Origin: Botryllus schlosseri
Lineage: Eukaryota
Length of the DNA: 64,000 nt
Direction: 5' to 3'
Assembly (NCBI GenBank): GCA_051294905.1
Contig: CM119372.1
Coordinates: 16,184,001-16,248,000, forward strand
The first letter of the stretch is position 1; each line of letters starts with the position of its first letter. A program made the position numbers and the translations under genes. The notes beneath the pieces were generated by a model that had not been told where the DNA came from, did not search any database, and worked only from the letters and a program-made list of their open reading frames with translations. Shown here piece after piece: positions 24,251-39,355 of this stretch.

Positions 24251-27182
24251 GTGTTAAAAAAAGGGCGGTGACAAAACCGTGGCCAAAATGACCATCGCTG
24301 ATTGACCAAAACTTTCTATATTGATATGCTCTGTCCTTGAAATTGTCGGCAGCCCCGTCCTCGCAATCTGAGTAGACAGTTTTGGTAGTACAAATGCGAC
24401 GCTCAAAGGAAGATAATTCCCCTAATTTGAAATCGCGTGCGACGAACATGCCTTGTACAGCTGTGTTGCGTACAATTGCTGTCTGCGCGTTCTTTATGTC
24501 ATACATGCCCGTAAAATCGTAGCATACTAATGTTAAAAACGCATTCTTTTTGATGCGTTAGGCTTGGGTAGCGAAATGCCACTAAACCTTTGTATCTGTC
24601 AGAAAGCATTTGCCACTCGCATAAAATAAAGTGCATTTTGGATAGGAGTGTTGGAAAGTTCTTATAAAAACCTGGCCACCCAAGCACTAGAACAAAAAAC
24701 AATTTATCTGACAGAAAAGGATTTTAGTGCACTATAGTTGCAACCAAAAGGAGGAAATAATTTTCTTTTTAAAGAGACACTTGATGGCCTAAACCGGTAA
24801 CCTACTTGTTGAACATCCCAACAAAATATTGCTAAGTATTTGCATTTTCTTTTTGTATAACAATTTTCAATTGGTTTGGGTGAATGAAATTTTTTTTGTC
24901 AAAAAAGTGCGAATGTGCTCGAAAAGGTTGAAAAGCACTGGTGTAAATGATTCTAATGTGCGGTGGGTACTCCCATCCAGATTTGGCCGAGTACCACTAT
25001 TTATACCGTGACCATGATAGCAATACGTTCAAGTTTAAAGAGTAATGCATGATCCTAAGTATCGCATATTACATTAAAAAAACAGGCTTCATCTCCGCAA
25101 TCTACGTTTAATATCTCACGCACCCTAAGTGCAAGTAACGTTGGGAGTAGGACACAGTATCGATCTTGAGGAAGTAGCGCGTGGGAAATATGGTTTCAGG
25201 GATGTATAAAGCGACTCTTTGAACGACCAAGAAGCGTGAGAAAGTGTCGTTAAATCAGTGGGTTCATGGCTCGCTTGTTAGCAATCGGCATATCCTAATA
25301 ACAGACGCAATAAGCAATGTCGACATCCTAGCCTTGTTCACTTTTCATTATATCGGAGGCTGTGAAGTGTAAACATCGTGCTGAATAACGGTATATCTAT
25401 ATTAAATCCCTATTTCCATATTTTCAGAATCGCGATGTCGTTTCAAAATTGTATCCCAGTCCGTTTTTTTTTGCTGTTGATATAATTCATGCACCTGCAA
25501 AAATATTGAGCAAACGCATATTACGGATATTGAGAAAATTTTGTAACATGATATTATAATAAAATTTCCCTGAAAGGTGTTAGTATCTATATAAATTATA
25601 TATGTTGTGTAGGTAGCTAACTATTTATATTATCGAAGCACCTATACAATACACTGGAATGAAAAAATTCAAATTTAACTTTCATCTTGTTGCATAACGT
25701 TTATTTTTCTTATGCATCCACTGCCTCTATTGAGGTACCACAAAAATTCGAAACTAAAGATTTCAATCTATAAAATTCAAACTGTTGTAAACGCCTTCTG
25801 GCGACCTACTATACTGTCTCTGCTAAATTTGGCTGATGCATTAGCTGCATTGTGCGAGAGGTAGGCCTAACCATACATTTTGAAATAGAAGGAACTGCAT
25901 GGTTGTGGTTTAGCGGTCATTTTAACGATCGACAGCGGTGATAGCAATTAGTCACATAAATATACTACTGCAGAAGAACAACGCATTTAACAAAGAAACC
26001 ATTTTTTCGATCCATCCAATAATCACATATCAAATTGTATAAGTAACCTTTCTTCCCCGATTTCAATATTGCATCATGTATGCAATTTTAAAGACGTATA
26101 AACCATTCCCTTTCTCGCGCACTCTTCTTCCGGGGTTATTGTTGTTTTGGTGTTCGTGGTGTTTTCACCAAGCCGATACATTTTATCATGAATCCTGATT
26201 TACTGACTTGTAGCACGACCCACTTTCGTTCTAGGCCTTTGTAAGACTCCGCTCAAGTGAGAGGCTCCCAACTTTATCTTTCTTCATTCCCCACTTCTGA
26301 TTTTTTCCGAGTCTTCATTCACCGCAACCGAAAATCGCTGCTCGTGCTAAACGTGTTTGTGACTCTGTAACCCGACAATTTGGATATCCAGAACTTAAAA
26401 TGAGTTTATGGGAACAACCCGCCATAAAATTAGCAACGCATAGGCTGCTGTCCAGATCAGTGAATCGGAAACCGTAATCGTGGTGTCGAGCCTCCTTATC
26501 TCGATGCATCATGCAAATCGTGCATTATGCACATCATGCAAATCGTGCATTATGCACATCATGCCGTCAAGGTATGCATATGCACAGATCGTGTGTGTGT
26601 ATATCATCAGTCGGTGTGTATTCCGCCAAAACAACAAGGACAGAAATATATAACGTCCTATTCCTATTCATGTATCTATATCACAAGTGTGTCTGTTTCC
26701 CACCAAAAAAACCTGGATTACTCTCCCTTTGGCAGCCACTGGCATAACCGGATCACATAAACCTCTAAAATTTAGGGGGCAATTCTGACGTCGACCTTGG
26801 TCGGATAAACCTGTTGGTGTTGCAGCTGCGGAACGAACCACTGCGCAATCTCGTTTCGGGTGTGACCGACACTGGATTATCCTGAAAACACTGGGATGCT
26901 TCAGTGTAGGAGTTTGCAACGAGAAGTTGCGGGGATATGAGACAGAGATATTTCGAGGCCAACCCATTCCGCGCCTGGACATACGAAGACATGAATTCTT
27001 GGCCAATATGCGGTTGGGCAAAGTGCGGTGTCAGAAAGATCGGCGGCGATAAAACCTTGACAGAAATTGACTGTCGCTGGTTGGTCAAAGTTTTCGATAC
27101 TGATATGTCCGATCGTCGAAAGGTTCGGCACAGTAGCAGTTGCAATATGAGTAGACAGTACTACAAGTGTAGTACAAATGAG

Positions 27183-28068
27183 CAGTGTTGGGAAGACTCG
27201 AGTCAACATTTTCGTATGACTTGACTTGACTCGAGTCACTTTGCCAAAATGACTTGACTTTACTCGGCGCTTCAGAAATGTGGATTGACTCGTGACGCGA
27301 AGCCGATTTATTCTCTGTATCTTGTGTGTGTTCGGATTGTTCGCGATACGCCGATGTCACTTGTGAGAACAATCAGTCAACCACTGATAGTATGTTTCAC
27401 TGATCCTCCGTTGTTACATCACAAATAAATTGACCGCAAACGAAATGAACACAGCTTACGCTGTCGTAGTGGTAGTAGATCAATCTAATTCTAATAACAA
27501 TGCATCTCTGTTTCTTAGACAGCTCAGTGCTTACATTGCGTAGCGCTCACCTTTACCAACCCTCCTGTATGATTTATATCGAACTAATAAAATTTATGTG
27601 TTTATACCCTCACGGATGTGCAGATGAGTGGGCAGTTGGGCACTGGGAAGTGTATTGTACGATATCAATTTGTTTCTCGGGGTCTCGTAATCGATCCTCA
27701 ATTTTGGATGATAATAACAGACTGTAGCATGTAGATATACAGTTACTCATGCATTTTATTAGCAGTTTCACGTGTGCGTGAGTGATACAACGCCTTTTTG
27801 CATGTATTCAATTTTATTTTCGTTATTTGATTCAAGATAAATGGCAAATTAATCTGTTCTTTACGCAGCGAGCGAAATGCAATGACTTTAAATCATCACT
27901 AATACTTCGAAAATTCCATTAGATTTGAATTGTGACTTGACTCGTGACTTGACTTGACTTGACTCGAGTCACCTTCGAAAATCGATTGACTTGACTGGAC
28001 TCTAGTCAAAATGTGCAATGACTCGACATGACTCGTGACTCGAAGGTAGTGACTTGATCCCAACACTA
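27183..28068 (+). mobile_element. Non-autonomous hAT with GACTT/GACTCGAGTC repeats, copy 2
   Basis: Termini CAGTGTTGGGA / TCCCAACACTA; TSD CAAATGAG / CGAATGAG, with the right copy split by the next element. Confidence 0.85.
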
Positions 28069-28075
28069 CGAATGA

Positions 28076-29137
28076 TAGGGATGGTGTGAACCTCTGAAAG
28101 GTTCAGGTTCGTGTGAACACGAACCTTTTTGAAAGGTTCTGTGTGAACGCGAACGTGAACCTCATGACGTCACGTGACGTCATATTGCTAATTCCAACCC
28201 TATATTAATGTTCAATTGTACACGATACCTAGCGACGACTCGGGCCACATATTGCCACAATGCTGAAGTACATATTGGCGTTTTAAATGTCGCCAAATGT
28301 ATAAACTGAGGCAATCAAATGATATAATAATTCCATGAAATCAATATCTTCCGTCGCTTTGCCGACAATTGCGACGAGGACTTGCTAGGGAATATAAGCT
28401 TACGCCTTAACGGTCTAGGCCAGACCGTGCAATGTAGTCGGCGTCTGAGTATTATTACATTGATATTGAACGGAGTGTAAAACAGGTTTCTATACTTGCC
28501 CCCGATATTACCCCATTAACAAGTTATACGGCAGTAGCCAACACCTCAATCGCACGGATTTGGTTTTAATGATACATTAACATATGAAGTCAAGATCGCG
28601 CCTGCTAGACTTTTTACATCACAAAACGATATCAATCTCATTGATTGGTTGAATAAGCATCATTCGCTGACTACATGTAGTGTATTTCGCACGTGATGTT
28701 GTGGGATTGTGGGATATCAATCTCATTGATTGGTTGAATAAGCATCATTCGCTGACTACATGTAGTGTATTTCGCTCGTGATGTTGTGGGATGCTCACAG
28801 CAGAGAGTCATATCTAGCTTTCCGCTTGTAATCACAAACGGAAAGCTAGTTATTTCGAGCAAACTTTTGTAACAAAGCAAGTAAAATTTTTGAGATTGCC
28901 AAGGTGCATGCTCGTTTATTGTTGATTTTTTTTTGCTGCCAGCGCCGTGTATGAGTGACCCGCAGTTGAAATGCAATAAATTTGAACCAAAGATGTTATA
29001 ATGAAGTGAAAATTGTAATATATGAAAAAGGTTCACAGTGCAGAACCTACCAAGGTTCTGTTGTGAACGCGAACCTCTAAATTTCCGAGGTTCACACACA
29101 GAACGCGAACGTGAACCTCACGTTCACACCATCCCTA
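28076..29137 (+). mobile_element. Non-autonomous hAT (TAGGGATG termini), copy 2
   Basis: Same TIRs as 4569-5578; perfect TSD ACGAATGA (28068-28075, 29138-29145); internal tandem duplication of about 85 bp at about 28629-28790. Confidence 0.93.
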
Positions 29138-32100
29138 ACGAATGAGACCCGAAGAGGAAAACAATGCTACCTAATTTTGAAACCGCGTGCATCAGACATG
29201 TTTCATACAGTTAAGTTACGTACAACTGCTGCCTTCGCGTTGTCATACATGGCCGATGTGAGGCTTGGGTCGCTAGATGCCAATGAGACTCAGATGTGGG
29301 TTGCGGTCGAAAAAGCTTAAGAACACTGTTTCAACCAGATCAAATAAATCATCAGTGTCGCTTTATTGCCGCACACTTGAGATATTCTTCAAACATCAAT
29401 TATCTTTTGTAGTTGCGTGTTCCCTGTATAGGCCACTTCACCTTTCGTCAACCCATCACTTGTTTTTCCTGTTCTCTCTACCGCACCGAAGTACCGTCAA
29501 ATTTGAATTTACGGAAATATGCAATTAATGATACTTTACAAGTCTGAGCACGGGACAGTGATTGGCGTTAATTCCATATACATATAAACTACATTTTTTT
29601 TAGATATACTATTCATATGAACGGAAATACCAGCTCATGCTACTGTCTAGACTGGCAGTAAACAGAAAGCAAATCTACCTTATTATACAATATGGCATTG
29701 CGTAATGGTGTAGGTGACATGTATCGCCATAAATCCCTGTAAATTATTGCGGACAGCGAACGGTATCGGGTTCCTTGATATTTTCAACAGTTCGATTTGT
29801 ATCAACTCACCTCTGGCCGATGGAAAGCGCATGATTTATTTTGTCAATAAATATGTAGCATTAACGATAATGCACTCCCAGACTTTTACGGCCTCCACGC
29901 TGGCATCTAGCATATTTCCGTGCTACGTCGATGAACGTGACTGCAGCTTCGTGTAGTAGGGCACTCACCAGTTGCGTAACGTATATTTTTATTTCCGGAA
30001 TCTTCTCATGGCAGCATTGGAGATTTAGCAAGTAGACCTATTTATAACTTTCTTTTCATAGAAATGACACACGTCGATCGACATACCGTGTGACTCGCAT
30101 ATCAATCAATTTTGGCTCGCGTAAAAAAGCACCACACATATTATATATACCGACAATTAGGGTTGCATTAAAACAAAAATCCACTTGAACCAAGCATGTT
30201 TAAAACTCTTCCGTTGATTGAAATATGTTTTAAGTTTTTGTAGCCATGACGTCACGAATCCATAACTCTGACGGAAAAGTGGATTGACATTGACAATTCC
30301 AAATATGGGGTAAGTATGGCTCCTTCGAAGACGAAGGCTTCCGACCGCTGTCATGAACAGACCAAAAATGTATGTATATTGATGATTTATTGCCATTAAA
30401 GTGGTTGCGTCAAGTGAATTCAGATGAACATTCTTACATCGATTGGGTTTTGATACATCCGACGTCTGCGTCATATTAGTTACAGCAAAACTTGCGGACT
30501 TTGTGCTCGGTAATCTTCATTTCCCTACAAGTTTCCGCGCCACGTCGCTTTTATTGTTTCTATAAAATCTGAAAATGAGTGATGTATCGCAATGATTTTT
30601 GCGCCACAACTGTATAGGAAATATGCCACCTGAAAATGATAGAATTAAATGTATTCGAACCTACAGAACCATTTAGTACCGTCTTTTTGTTTTCACAGCA
30701 GAGGTAATACATGTTAGTTCGTTTATTTATTATTCATGGTGAAGAGAATAGTTTGAAGTCCAGAACGGTAGTGCTTAATCGGCACATTTCGTTACCGTAC
30801 ACCGTATACTGCAGGTTTCACTGCAAGCCACACTACAGGTTCTGCAATTTATTTTACGCTAGATGAGCACCCTATTTTGTTACGCTGGTAATTCCAACGA
30901 CAGTGCTTGTCCGCAATCCGAATGTAGTAATCCGACCTGGCGTAGTTGATTTATACACAATCGCCCGGTAACCGTCGCTCCAGTCGCAATTTTGTCGGGG
31001 TGAATAGCGTAATATGATAATAATAAAATATTAATTTATGGAGCGCCGAATATAACACTATATCATCCCTACTCTATAAGGCGCTATCCACAAGGCTAAT
31101 AAAATATTTCAAAAGTATAAAGGCATGTATAAAAGAATGGAATGAATGAACGCTACTGCAGTTGGAACGAACGTGTATGAAGAGCGCAGTTTCGATTTTA
31201 CGCTTGAGAACAGTGATAGTGCGAGTCAAACAATCTAATAAAAGCTGAAAGACTATTCCACGGAAAGGCAGCCGAAGAAGAAAAGGTTCGGTCACAGTAT
31301 CAACTGCCAAGTTGGAGTGCGGTCGGCTATGTCGCATCATCTGTAAAATAAGCGTTTAATTGACATAGCTGATTCAAAGTGCACGAAGATATATCTGGAA
31401 TGCACTCACTTTACCTATTATGTTCAGGAAGCCGAATGTGAGTCGTCTGCTAATGGACAGTTTCGTATCTACCGTAACCTATGTTTGCACCCAACACTCG
31501 ACTTGTTAGTTAAAATGGAGGATTAACAGTGAAACGTAAACCGTCGTCGCGGTTTAACATCATCCAATCAGAGTTGAGCACGCGTCAATGATTGGACGGT
31601 ACGTGACTTTTTGGGAAACACCGATGGAATCGCAGACAGTAATGCCTGCAATCAAAATTAATGTGTTCTATCAGAAACTTGGCATTTGGGATGTTCACTA
31701 TCTGGCACCAGATGCTAAAAATTCTATTATAAAGGCGGAGATTGAAAAGTAAATAACAGCTTGTTGACTTCGAAATTTCCGTGGCCCCCATTACATAAAT
31801 GGCATCTGGTTGTTTACTATCCTGTGTTGAACGCTAACTTTTATAATAAAGGATATATATTCTGGTTATGAAGACATAGGTTCGTTCGCAGGTCACTTGT
31901 ACGTCAAATGCCAGATTTATACAAAGTAAATTTCAGAAACATTTCAATACACTATTTAGGCATATTTTATGAGCTCTGGTGAGTCAACGTAGTCATGTCC
32001 TGAAGGTATAACCATATAATTTTCTATGTAGGCCTATCACGGATATTCACAAGGGGAATGGGCCTTGACCGATATATACAGCTCACTCAAATGTATAAGT

Positions 32101-32951
32101 TGGTGTGAATTTGGTTAATTTGTTGCAATTACGGGTGTTTATAAATGGAGCTACGATAGAACATGAACTGGAAACTTTACCTACACGTATCCGTTTCAAA
32201 TGCCGCGGCATAAGATTTGCCAGTTGGGTGGTCTAAAAAGAATACTGTTTCTCGGGCAGCTTGTACATTACCTGATGATCCTACTTTATCCTATATGATG
32301 TAGGATCGGTCAGTTCTTTTGGGAAATAACTAGAAATAGACTGTACATGTACAGATGCTACAACTTCATATCAGAAAATGATAAAATATGCGAATGAAAT
32401 GAAATGAAATATAGTTGCATATTTGATGACATTCGTGTCTCGGAATATGTTTTTCGGGATCAATGATGCTGATAATCAACGATAATCTCGATTCCATTAG
32501 CCCGGAACCAGATTTTGAGAGGGAATTGATACCCGTATTAAAATCACGAATACTAGTGACACCTATTCGCGTAAACAACGAAGACAATTTTTTGGATAAA
32601 TCTGCATCTGTCTGGGAATATCGTGGTTCGTAAAGACATGGAACCTTCATGATATGGGCTGGCAACTATATCCGAGGCGATGATGACGCGTCACCTCAAC
32701 ATCACAGCGTTCGATGGCTTGGGATGGACTGGAATGGTACTTTTCGTGCAAATCCTTTATCTGCAGTTCGAATATGGTGACTTTCTGAAGAAAGTGGCTG
32801 ATGCCACTCTCAACTTTATTTTGAGTAATATCATATTGACGGCCTAATGCCCTTTTAATAATAGTTTTGGCTACAGTTATAAGATCACTCTTAAGCGACG
32901 AGAAGTAATCTGTCGGTGGGTGAGGCGTTTTGATTAAGGTTTCGTTTAGAT

Positions 32952-33336
32952 CAGTGGTTCCTAACCTTTTTCGACCCATCGCCCCCTTTTCAAGGTCAAC
33001 ACCGATCATCGCCTCCCAAATTTTGTGTACCGAAAATAGGGAATACAAACTGTAATCACCGGCTGGTTGACTAAAAAAAAAAGGTCAAATTTTCGGCTCG
33101 ATGTCTACTTTGACACACTTTTGTAACTAAATTTCCGTGGGTTGACTAAAAAAAAAAAAAAAAAAGGTCAGCCGTTTTAACGCGTCATCGCCCCCCTATC
33201 GCCCCCTTCGCTATTTTCGCCCCCCGTCGCCCCCTTTGTCCATTTTCGCCCCCCTGTCGCCCCCTTCGTCATTTTCGCCCCCTAGACCGCCAAATTGCCC
33301 CCTGGGGGGCGATATCGCCCACGTTGGGATCCACTG
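32952..33336 (+). mobile_element. Charlie-type MITE with TCGCCCC repeats, 385 bp
   Basis: TIR CAGTGGTTCCTAAC / GTTGGGATCCACTG; perfect TSD GTTTAGAT. Confidence 0.9.
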
Positions 33337-36012
33337 GTTTAGATTATGATTAGCGAGTTGACGGTGATATCAGAAAAGCAATGAGCGATCTTACGAATGG
33401 CATGAAGGGTTTCTAATCAAGGACTTCTATTCTGGCAATAATTATCACGGATGTACAGGAGAGTTAACGAAGCTCAAGTTTCTTCCTGTATTGTTTGCCT
33501 CAAGTCATTGCATGTCGCAATGACACTTGAATATCATTGAGTTTCAGAAAACTACTTTGTCTCTCAAGTATTATATGCATGTAAGGCTTGCAGAAATGTG
33601 GTTTTGTATTGGTATTACGACGTCACGGAATACGTGATAGGCTTGTGCTAAAGTTCATGCTCTCAGCGAGCTTGAATAAAAGTTGGTGTTTACAAAAACC
33701 AGAACCTTGCAGGGGCTCACACCATCTCTGCATTGCAATTATTTGAATTGCCCAGTTTCCCGCTCTACATAATTCGAAGAAAATATGGACATATTCAGCA
33801 ATTCGTTGGCTCCACTGAAATGGCGTGATGTTCCATACAAAATCCCTAGTAAGTGAATTTAATTATACACACGTTTTGACCCTGAGGTAATAAATAGGCT
33901 CGCACATTAAATGCACAAAAAGTCTATCTAATTCAAGCCCTTGTCTGTCATCTTTTTCCGATTTGCGACCTTGACTCTGACTCGCGATTCAATCAAAATT
34001 CACACTGTCACTCAGACTCTGGCTCCCCACTTCTTCCGTCAAATTTCAAGACTTCTGAATCCAACAAACTGAGAAAGTCCTAACGCAACTCAAAATCCAT
34101 CATGGTCCATGACTATTGTCGGTCTGCAAATACGCTCTGGGCAATTTCACGTGTATTCACACAATTCAATTCAATGAATCGCAAACCAATCGAAACAAAT
34201 CGGCCCTATTGGAAGTTTTCCCATTGTTGCGTCGGATATCATTCTGCAGTCGCCATCACCATAAGCCGGCCAATGTTAGCTTCGGACGTTTGATTCCACA
34301 GAAGAGAGAGCAGCAAACCCTGCAAACTGTTATTTTTCAGCAATGATTACCATTGATACGAAAATTCGAGGCTGCAGTATTATTTAGTATACTGTCCATG
34401 CACGACTTCTTAGATTTGTCGCCTTCAACATGACTATATGGTCAGTAATTGTGAATGATATAGTTGCCTGAGATCCGATATAATGGTATACTTCAATCCT
34501 AGTGTTACTAAATATAATGTGAAAGGTGAGTATCAGAATCAAAAGCAATTGCTCTGTTTAAGAAGTACATATCAAGCAGTTCACCCAGTATATTTATATA
34601 CGTCAATGATATGTCCCTTATTTTTCAAGCTTAAGACAAGTTTATATTGTATCTCAGTAATAGTCACAGCACGTGATCTATGGGGACATTTCAGACATAA
34701 TAAAGATATTATCATATTTGAAGTGCAGGGGTGGCCAACCCGTGGCTCGAGGGCCCCATGTGACTCGCCAGGTTTGGAGTGGCCCGTGAGGTAACTTTCG
34801 AAATCATCAAAAATGAATGGCCCCGATAATTTAACGTAAACTTGTGAGGCCCAATAAAATTAGATTAGAGATTTGTGATGTTGATGACTAAAATGTCAGT
34901 TCCGACGGATTGGCGTGGCCACTGGGTAGTGGAATGCATAAATTTGAGGAAAAGCGGTAAGCATCATGTTTCAATAGAACGAGCATGCTGTCGGTATGAT
35001 GCGATAGGTAAACACGATTTAGTTATTAGAACAATGCTGGCAGAATTTTTGAAGATGTTCTAATATACGAAGTTTATATAATTACATGTTTTTTCGTCGT
35101 GGAAAAATCAAATATGTGCTGTCGACATAATGCAATGAATACTCAACAATGCAGAATCGGATAAGTTGATATTATCTATCTAGTTAGTCTATAAAATGTT
35201 CTTGTGCCTTCGCACTATGCGTTAATTTTATCAGATCAGCATGGCGTCCGTAAAATTGTAATATTCGTGGCTACTCGCCGTTAAGTTCGTCACGCGCTCA
35301 GTTCTATTGTAAACGCTAAGAATACAGGCTCAAATAAATTCCGTACGGTATAGGAATGGATGGATGTTGCAAATGAACGCATTTTTTAAAATTAACAACA
35401 GCATGCATTCCGAAGAAGTCTGGTCTAAGAATATTACCACCGCCAGTTCTTGGGTCATTAATCATTATATTCAAGATGCTGGAATGTCGCTTCTGCGTGA
35501 TTTGGTAAACACAATTACGTGAACGCTTCGCAATAGAACCGGGGAGTACTGTAATTCGGACGTAATGAATATGGGCTTGACGTTATTTGAGCTTCTGAAT
35601 CAAGCAAAATTGTAACAAGCGCATTTCATATCAACGATCAAGTATCGTCAACAACGACAACTGCTCATTAATCCATCTATTCATACACTCACCAAATGCA
35701 ACCATGCAAACTTTGGCCAGCACTATTTAAATAAAGTTTGTTCAATCATCATTTTAACCTGCATTCACGACTCTCAGTCGACCTTTGGAGTCATTATGGC
35801 CTAAAGGTTTAAGATAACGACACTTTTTTTTCAACTTATCATAAACACATATTCATCACAAATTCCTAATGGAGTGATTCTCGGCGACAGGTGCAATTTT
35901 ATCATGACATCATCAAAGCATAATCATCGACAAGGAGCCTTGCCGATCATGAATTCTATATGCACAGCTATTCTTATATAGTCTTGTACCCATTTACACC
36001 GACAGCATACAC

Positions 36013-36636
36013 CAATGGTTCTCAACCTTTTTGACCTGGCGGGCCGGTTAAATTTCAAAACGAATGTCACGGACCGCTGAACCTTCGAAATTGACCCAAA
36101 AATGAATTACGACAAATGTTTGAAACTCAATTTTAATATTGAAAAGTTCATTTGCTGCTTCCTTACTGATATGACGTATTTATACTTGGCTCCATTGAGC
36201 TTTTTGCAGGACGAAGTTCGCGAAGCCCTGTTTCAGAACTTGACTGGGATTGTTTGGTTTCCATTGAAAGACATGTCACTTTGCTGTTTGCTATAGCCTC
36301 CAATGTACTGTCAATTGTCGCCTAATTGTACTGCAGGAATTCAACGCAGTTTGCATCATAGTCTCAATAGCCTTCACATAAAACTTGTCTGAAACGAGTT
36401 CCAGACTAGTTTTTAAATATATTCGTACTTGGCGCATTGTGGCGAACTCTCAAAGTAGACCACAACGACACCTTGTAGAAAAATACGTTGTAAACTACTA
36501 AATCAATTTAAAAATTGATATTTTTATTTATTTCACTATTGCACAAGCGTCCAGCTTTGGAATGAGGATATAAAATTAAAAAATGTTTGGCTGACCGGTG
36601 GGAATCTTGCCACGGACTGGCGGTTGAGAGCCACTT
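36013..36636 (+). mobile_element. Degraded Charlie-type element
   Basis: Termini CAATGGTTCTCAACC / GGTTGAGAGCCACTT; no clean TSD. Confidence 0.5.
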
Positions 36637-39355
36637 GGACACCATATATTGGACACCGTATACATTCCTGCAATCATGTGACTGCAAGTAGTGTGAGGAG
36701 TATGGATCTAAAATATTCACCTATATTGAACATGTTGCTTTCTGATGACCGATTCGCTGAACTGGGATGCTTGTTGCGGAGCAGTATTAGTGAAGATGCC
36801 GTGAACAGGATGTTGACACTGTCTAATTGGGTCATGTCATCGCCATGGCAATATTAATAAGGATGGTGCAATCACTGGAAAAGTCCTGGTTTGTATAAAC
36901 ATAAAATTAATAAAGGGTCGCCGTGAACACGGACCTTATAATGCCAAATTCATACACAGCTTTATCGTGTGGTTAGAAATTTGTGCGTGTTCGATATTTA
37001 AGGGACTATAGGCAGTTTTCCAAAATGCAATAGCATCAGATTGTGATTGTGCCGTTCGAAGCTATCTCGTCACAATAACTTTAACCAAAATTTCTATAGT
37101 GACCCTTGAGCTTTTCATTTAACTAAGACGCATTCATGTACAATATTTGTTAATATTCAGTGAGAATTGCACAAATTGCCCCTTGTCGAACTTAGCAAGA
37201 ACCCGGATTGATTGTTTCGAATTCCCGAGACGTAATAGAGAGTCATCTGGATCCCTATGACGCTCATTCCAACACGTATTATGTGGCAGTTTGTAAATCA
37301 AGATAAATTAGACTATTGAGAGATTTCCTAAAAATTTGCTTAGCACCTCGCGCGATGATTTAATGTATTCAAAGTATTGTATTTAATGTAGAGCCGCAAG
37401 AAAGAAATGCGGCACATTTAAAAAATAAATAGGCATTTCAGCGCCAACCATTACTATTCCAAGTCACATCAAGACCGCATATGTTGGCCGAAACCGTCAA
37501 TATATTATTCCAGTTGTCTATTGTCCATGTGAGCGTAATAGACCTGCACTTGCTATCTGAAGTCACCACTTCCCTCAGCTCTACCAGTCAATCTGATCAC
37601 GTGAACTGATGGATGATGAAAAATTAATAGCAATACATGCAATTAACAATATTATAGACAAAATTCATTACTGAATTAGTGAATATTAATACGTTTCGTG
37701 CGATAGGCCCCTACGAACACAAATTCCATACAACAGGAAAACGCGCGTTTCAGGTATTGACAAAAAGGTCCGTAACGAAGAGGGGTCTGGGGGGCGGAGT
37801 TGGGTTTATGACCCTATGGGGGGGCTCAATACGAACGTTTTGTTTTTAAAGGTGGTTGACAAAGTACTGTTCGACCCTGCGTACAATCACCATACTGACT
37901 GGTGTTAGTTGTACGCTATAACCGTTACGGTACATATGCCTTCTGATCTAATAACTCTAATAACGATCGAAAATTGTCAAGGACATATTCACCATTGTAC
38001 AACAACTCTACCACAGCCCTGAATGAAGTCGCTGTCCCAGGATACATTCTCGGTTGCCTATGGATATTGTCCCTAGTACCGTGCTGGGTGCAATACAAAT
38101 ATGCTTTCTATGACATAAAGCAACGAGGCTAAATCAGCATCGACGTCGTTACATCATTCTTGTGGGTTAAACATTCGTGATTGCATCTACATTATGTCCC
38201 TTCAGATCAGATGCATTTGCATTTGTAGGCCACAAGGTATCGATAGCATACTACCGGACCTCGCCTGGTATGGTGATTATACAATACAATATACATAGTA
38301 TATTGCTAGTTGCTCATGGCCATTAGTTTAGCCAGATTGACTCTAGTTTAGAAGTTACGCCTACCCCTAAAAACGCTCAAATCGATAATTGAATATGAAA
38401 AATTCTCATGTCGTCCTCAGTTATTCACTCAATATTAAGATGACTTGATGCGAGATCTTTACCTTTCAAAATACAGTTCGTCAAGCCTCAAAATTGTACT
38501 TTCGCACAATGGAATTATATTTTATTCAGTAGCATTCTTCCAAGTTGAAAGTGGAGCATAAAATTGGGTATACCTAGTATAGGGTTGCCATACGTCCGGA
38601 ATTTCACTATAAGCTCTGCGTCCGTGAGGAATTTCTAAAATATGCTTAAATGTCCGGAATTTCGAAGGCTTGAAGTAGGTTCGTAAATCAACATAAACAA
38701 TATTATTTTTAAGCAGATTTATGCTATTTAAAATTCTTCTTCGCGCCAAGCGCGAGTTAATGCAACGTGTATTGATAATACTATGGGCACCAGGCACCAC
38801 CCTCGACAAAAATACAATCAAAATAAATATAAATAACCATCATTTACTGAAATAATTCTGATTGTAATCGCAGTTATAAGCTAACGCGGGTATATTCATA
38901 TAGTTGGTTAAGGCCGATTAGATGCTTCAGTCACAGACAATGGTTCCGAATCTTGGGGTCATTTACCTTTATCTGGGGATCGCGGCGATGTTGGACATAA
39001 TCAGCTTCCTGGGCCGTAAGTTTGAGCAAAATGATTTTGTTTAGTAATCAGCTTATCAAGTTTTGAGCTGGGCCACGGAACATTTTCAAGTTGGAAATGA
39101 GGTCGCAACCATAAAATGTTGAAAATAATCGGATGTGCAGCCTGCTGGTGCATTTTATAGTAGTCTAACATACGGAATCAATCAATATTATTGACAAAAT
39201 TCATTCATAAAATCTAACAGCCAAATGCATATAGTAAGTGCCCGAGAAGTTACATCGACTACCCCATGGTGGGCCCAAGATCAGTTCTTTTTGGGGGCGG
39301 AAGGGGACTGAAAAAGGTTGTTTCGGACCTGATTAAAACACATAATCAGATAGCC

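Noticed and set aside
27183..28068. CRISPR-like array of GACTTGACTCGAGTC repeats (also the TCGGGY and CCGGA arrays)
   Set aside because: Short irregular motifs clustered inside TIRs, with no constant-length spacers or cas genes; these are subterminal repeats.
32272..32313. Hammerhead ribozyme (CTGATGA followed by a TCCTAC/GTAGGA stem)
   Set aside because: The required GAAA after stem II is absent.
29600..32400. Spliced host gene exons in the TE-poor stretch
   Set aside because: Isolated splice-like signals and vaguely LRR-like peptides exist, but the frames contain stops and no consistent exon chain or domain could be supported.
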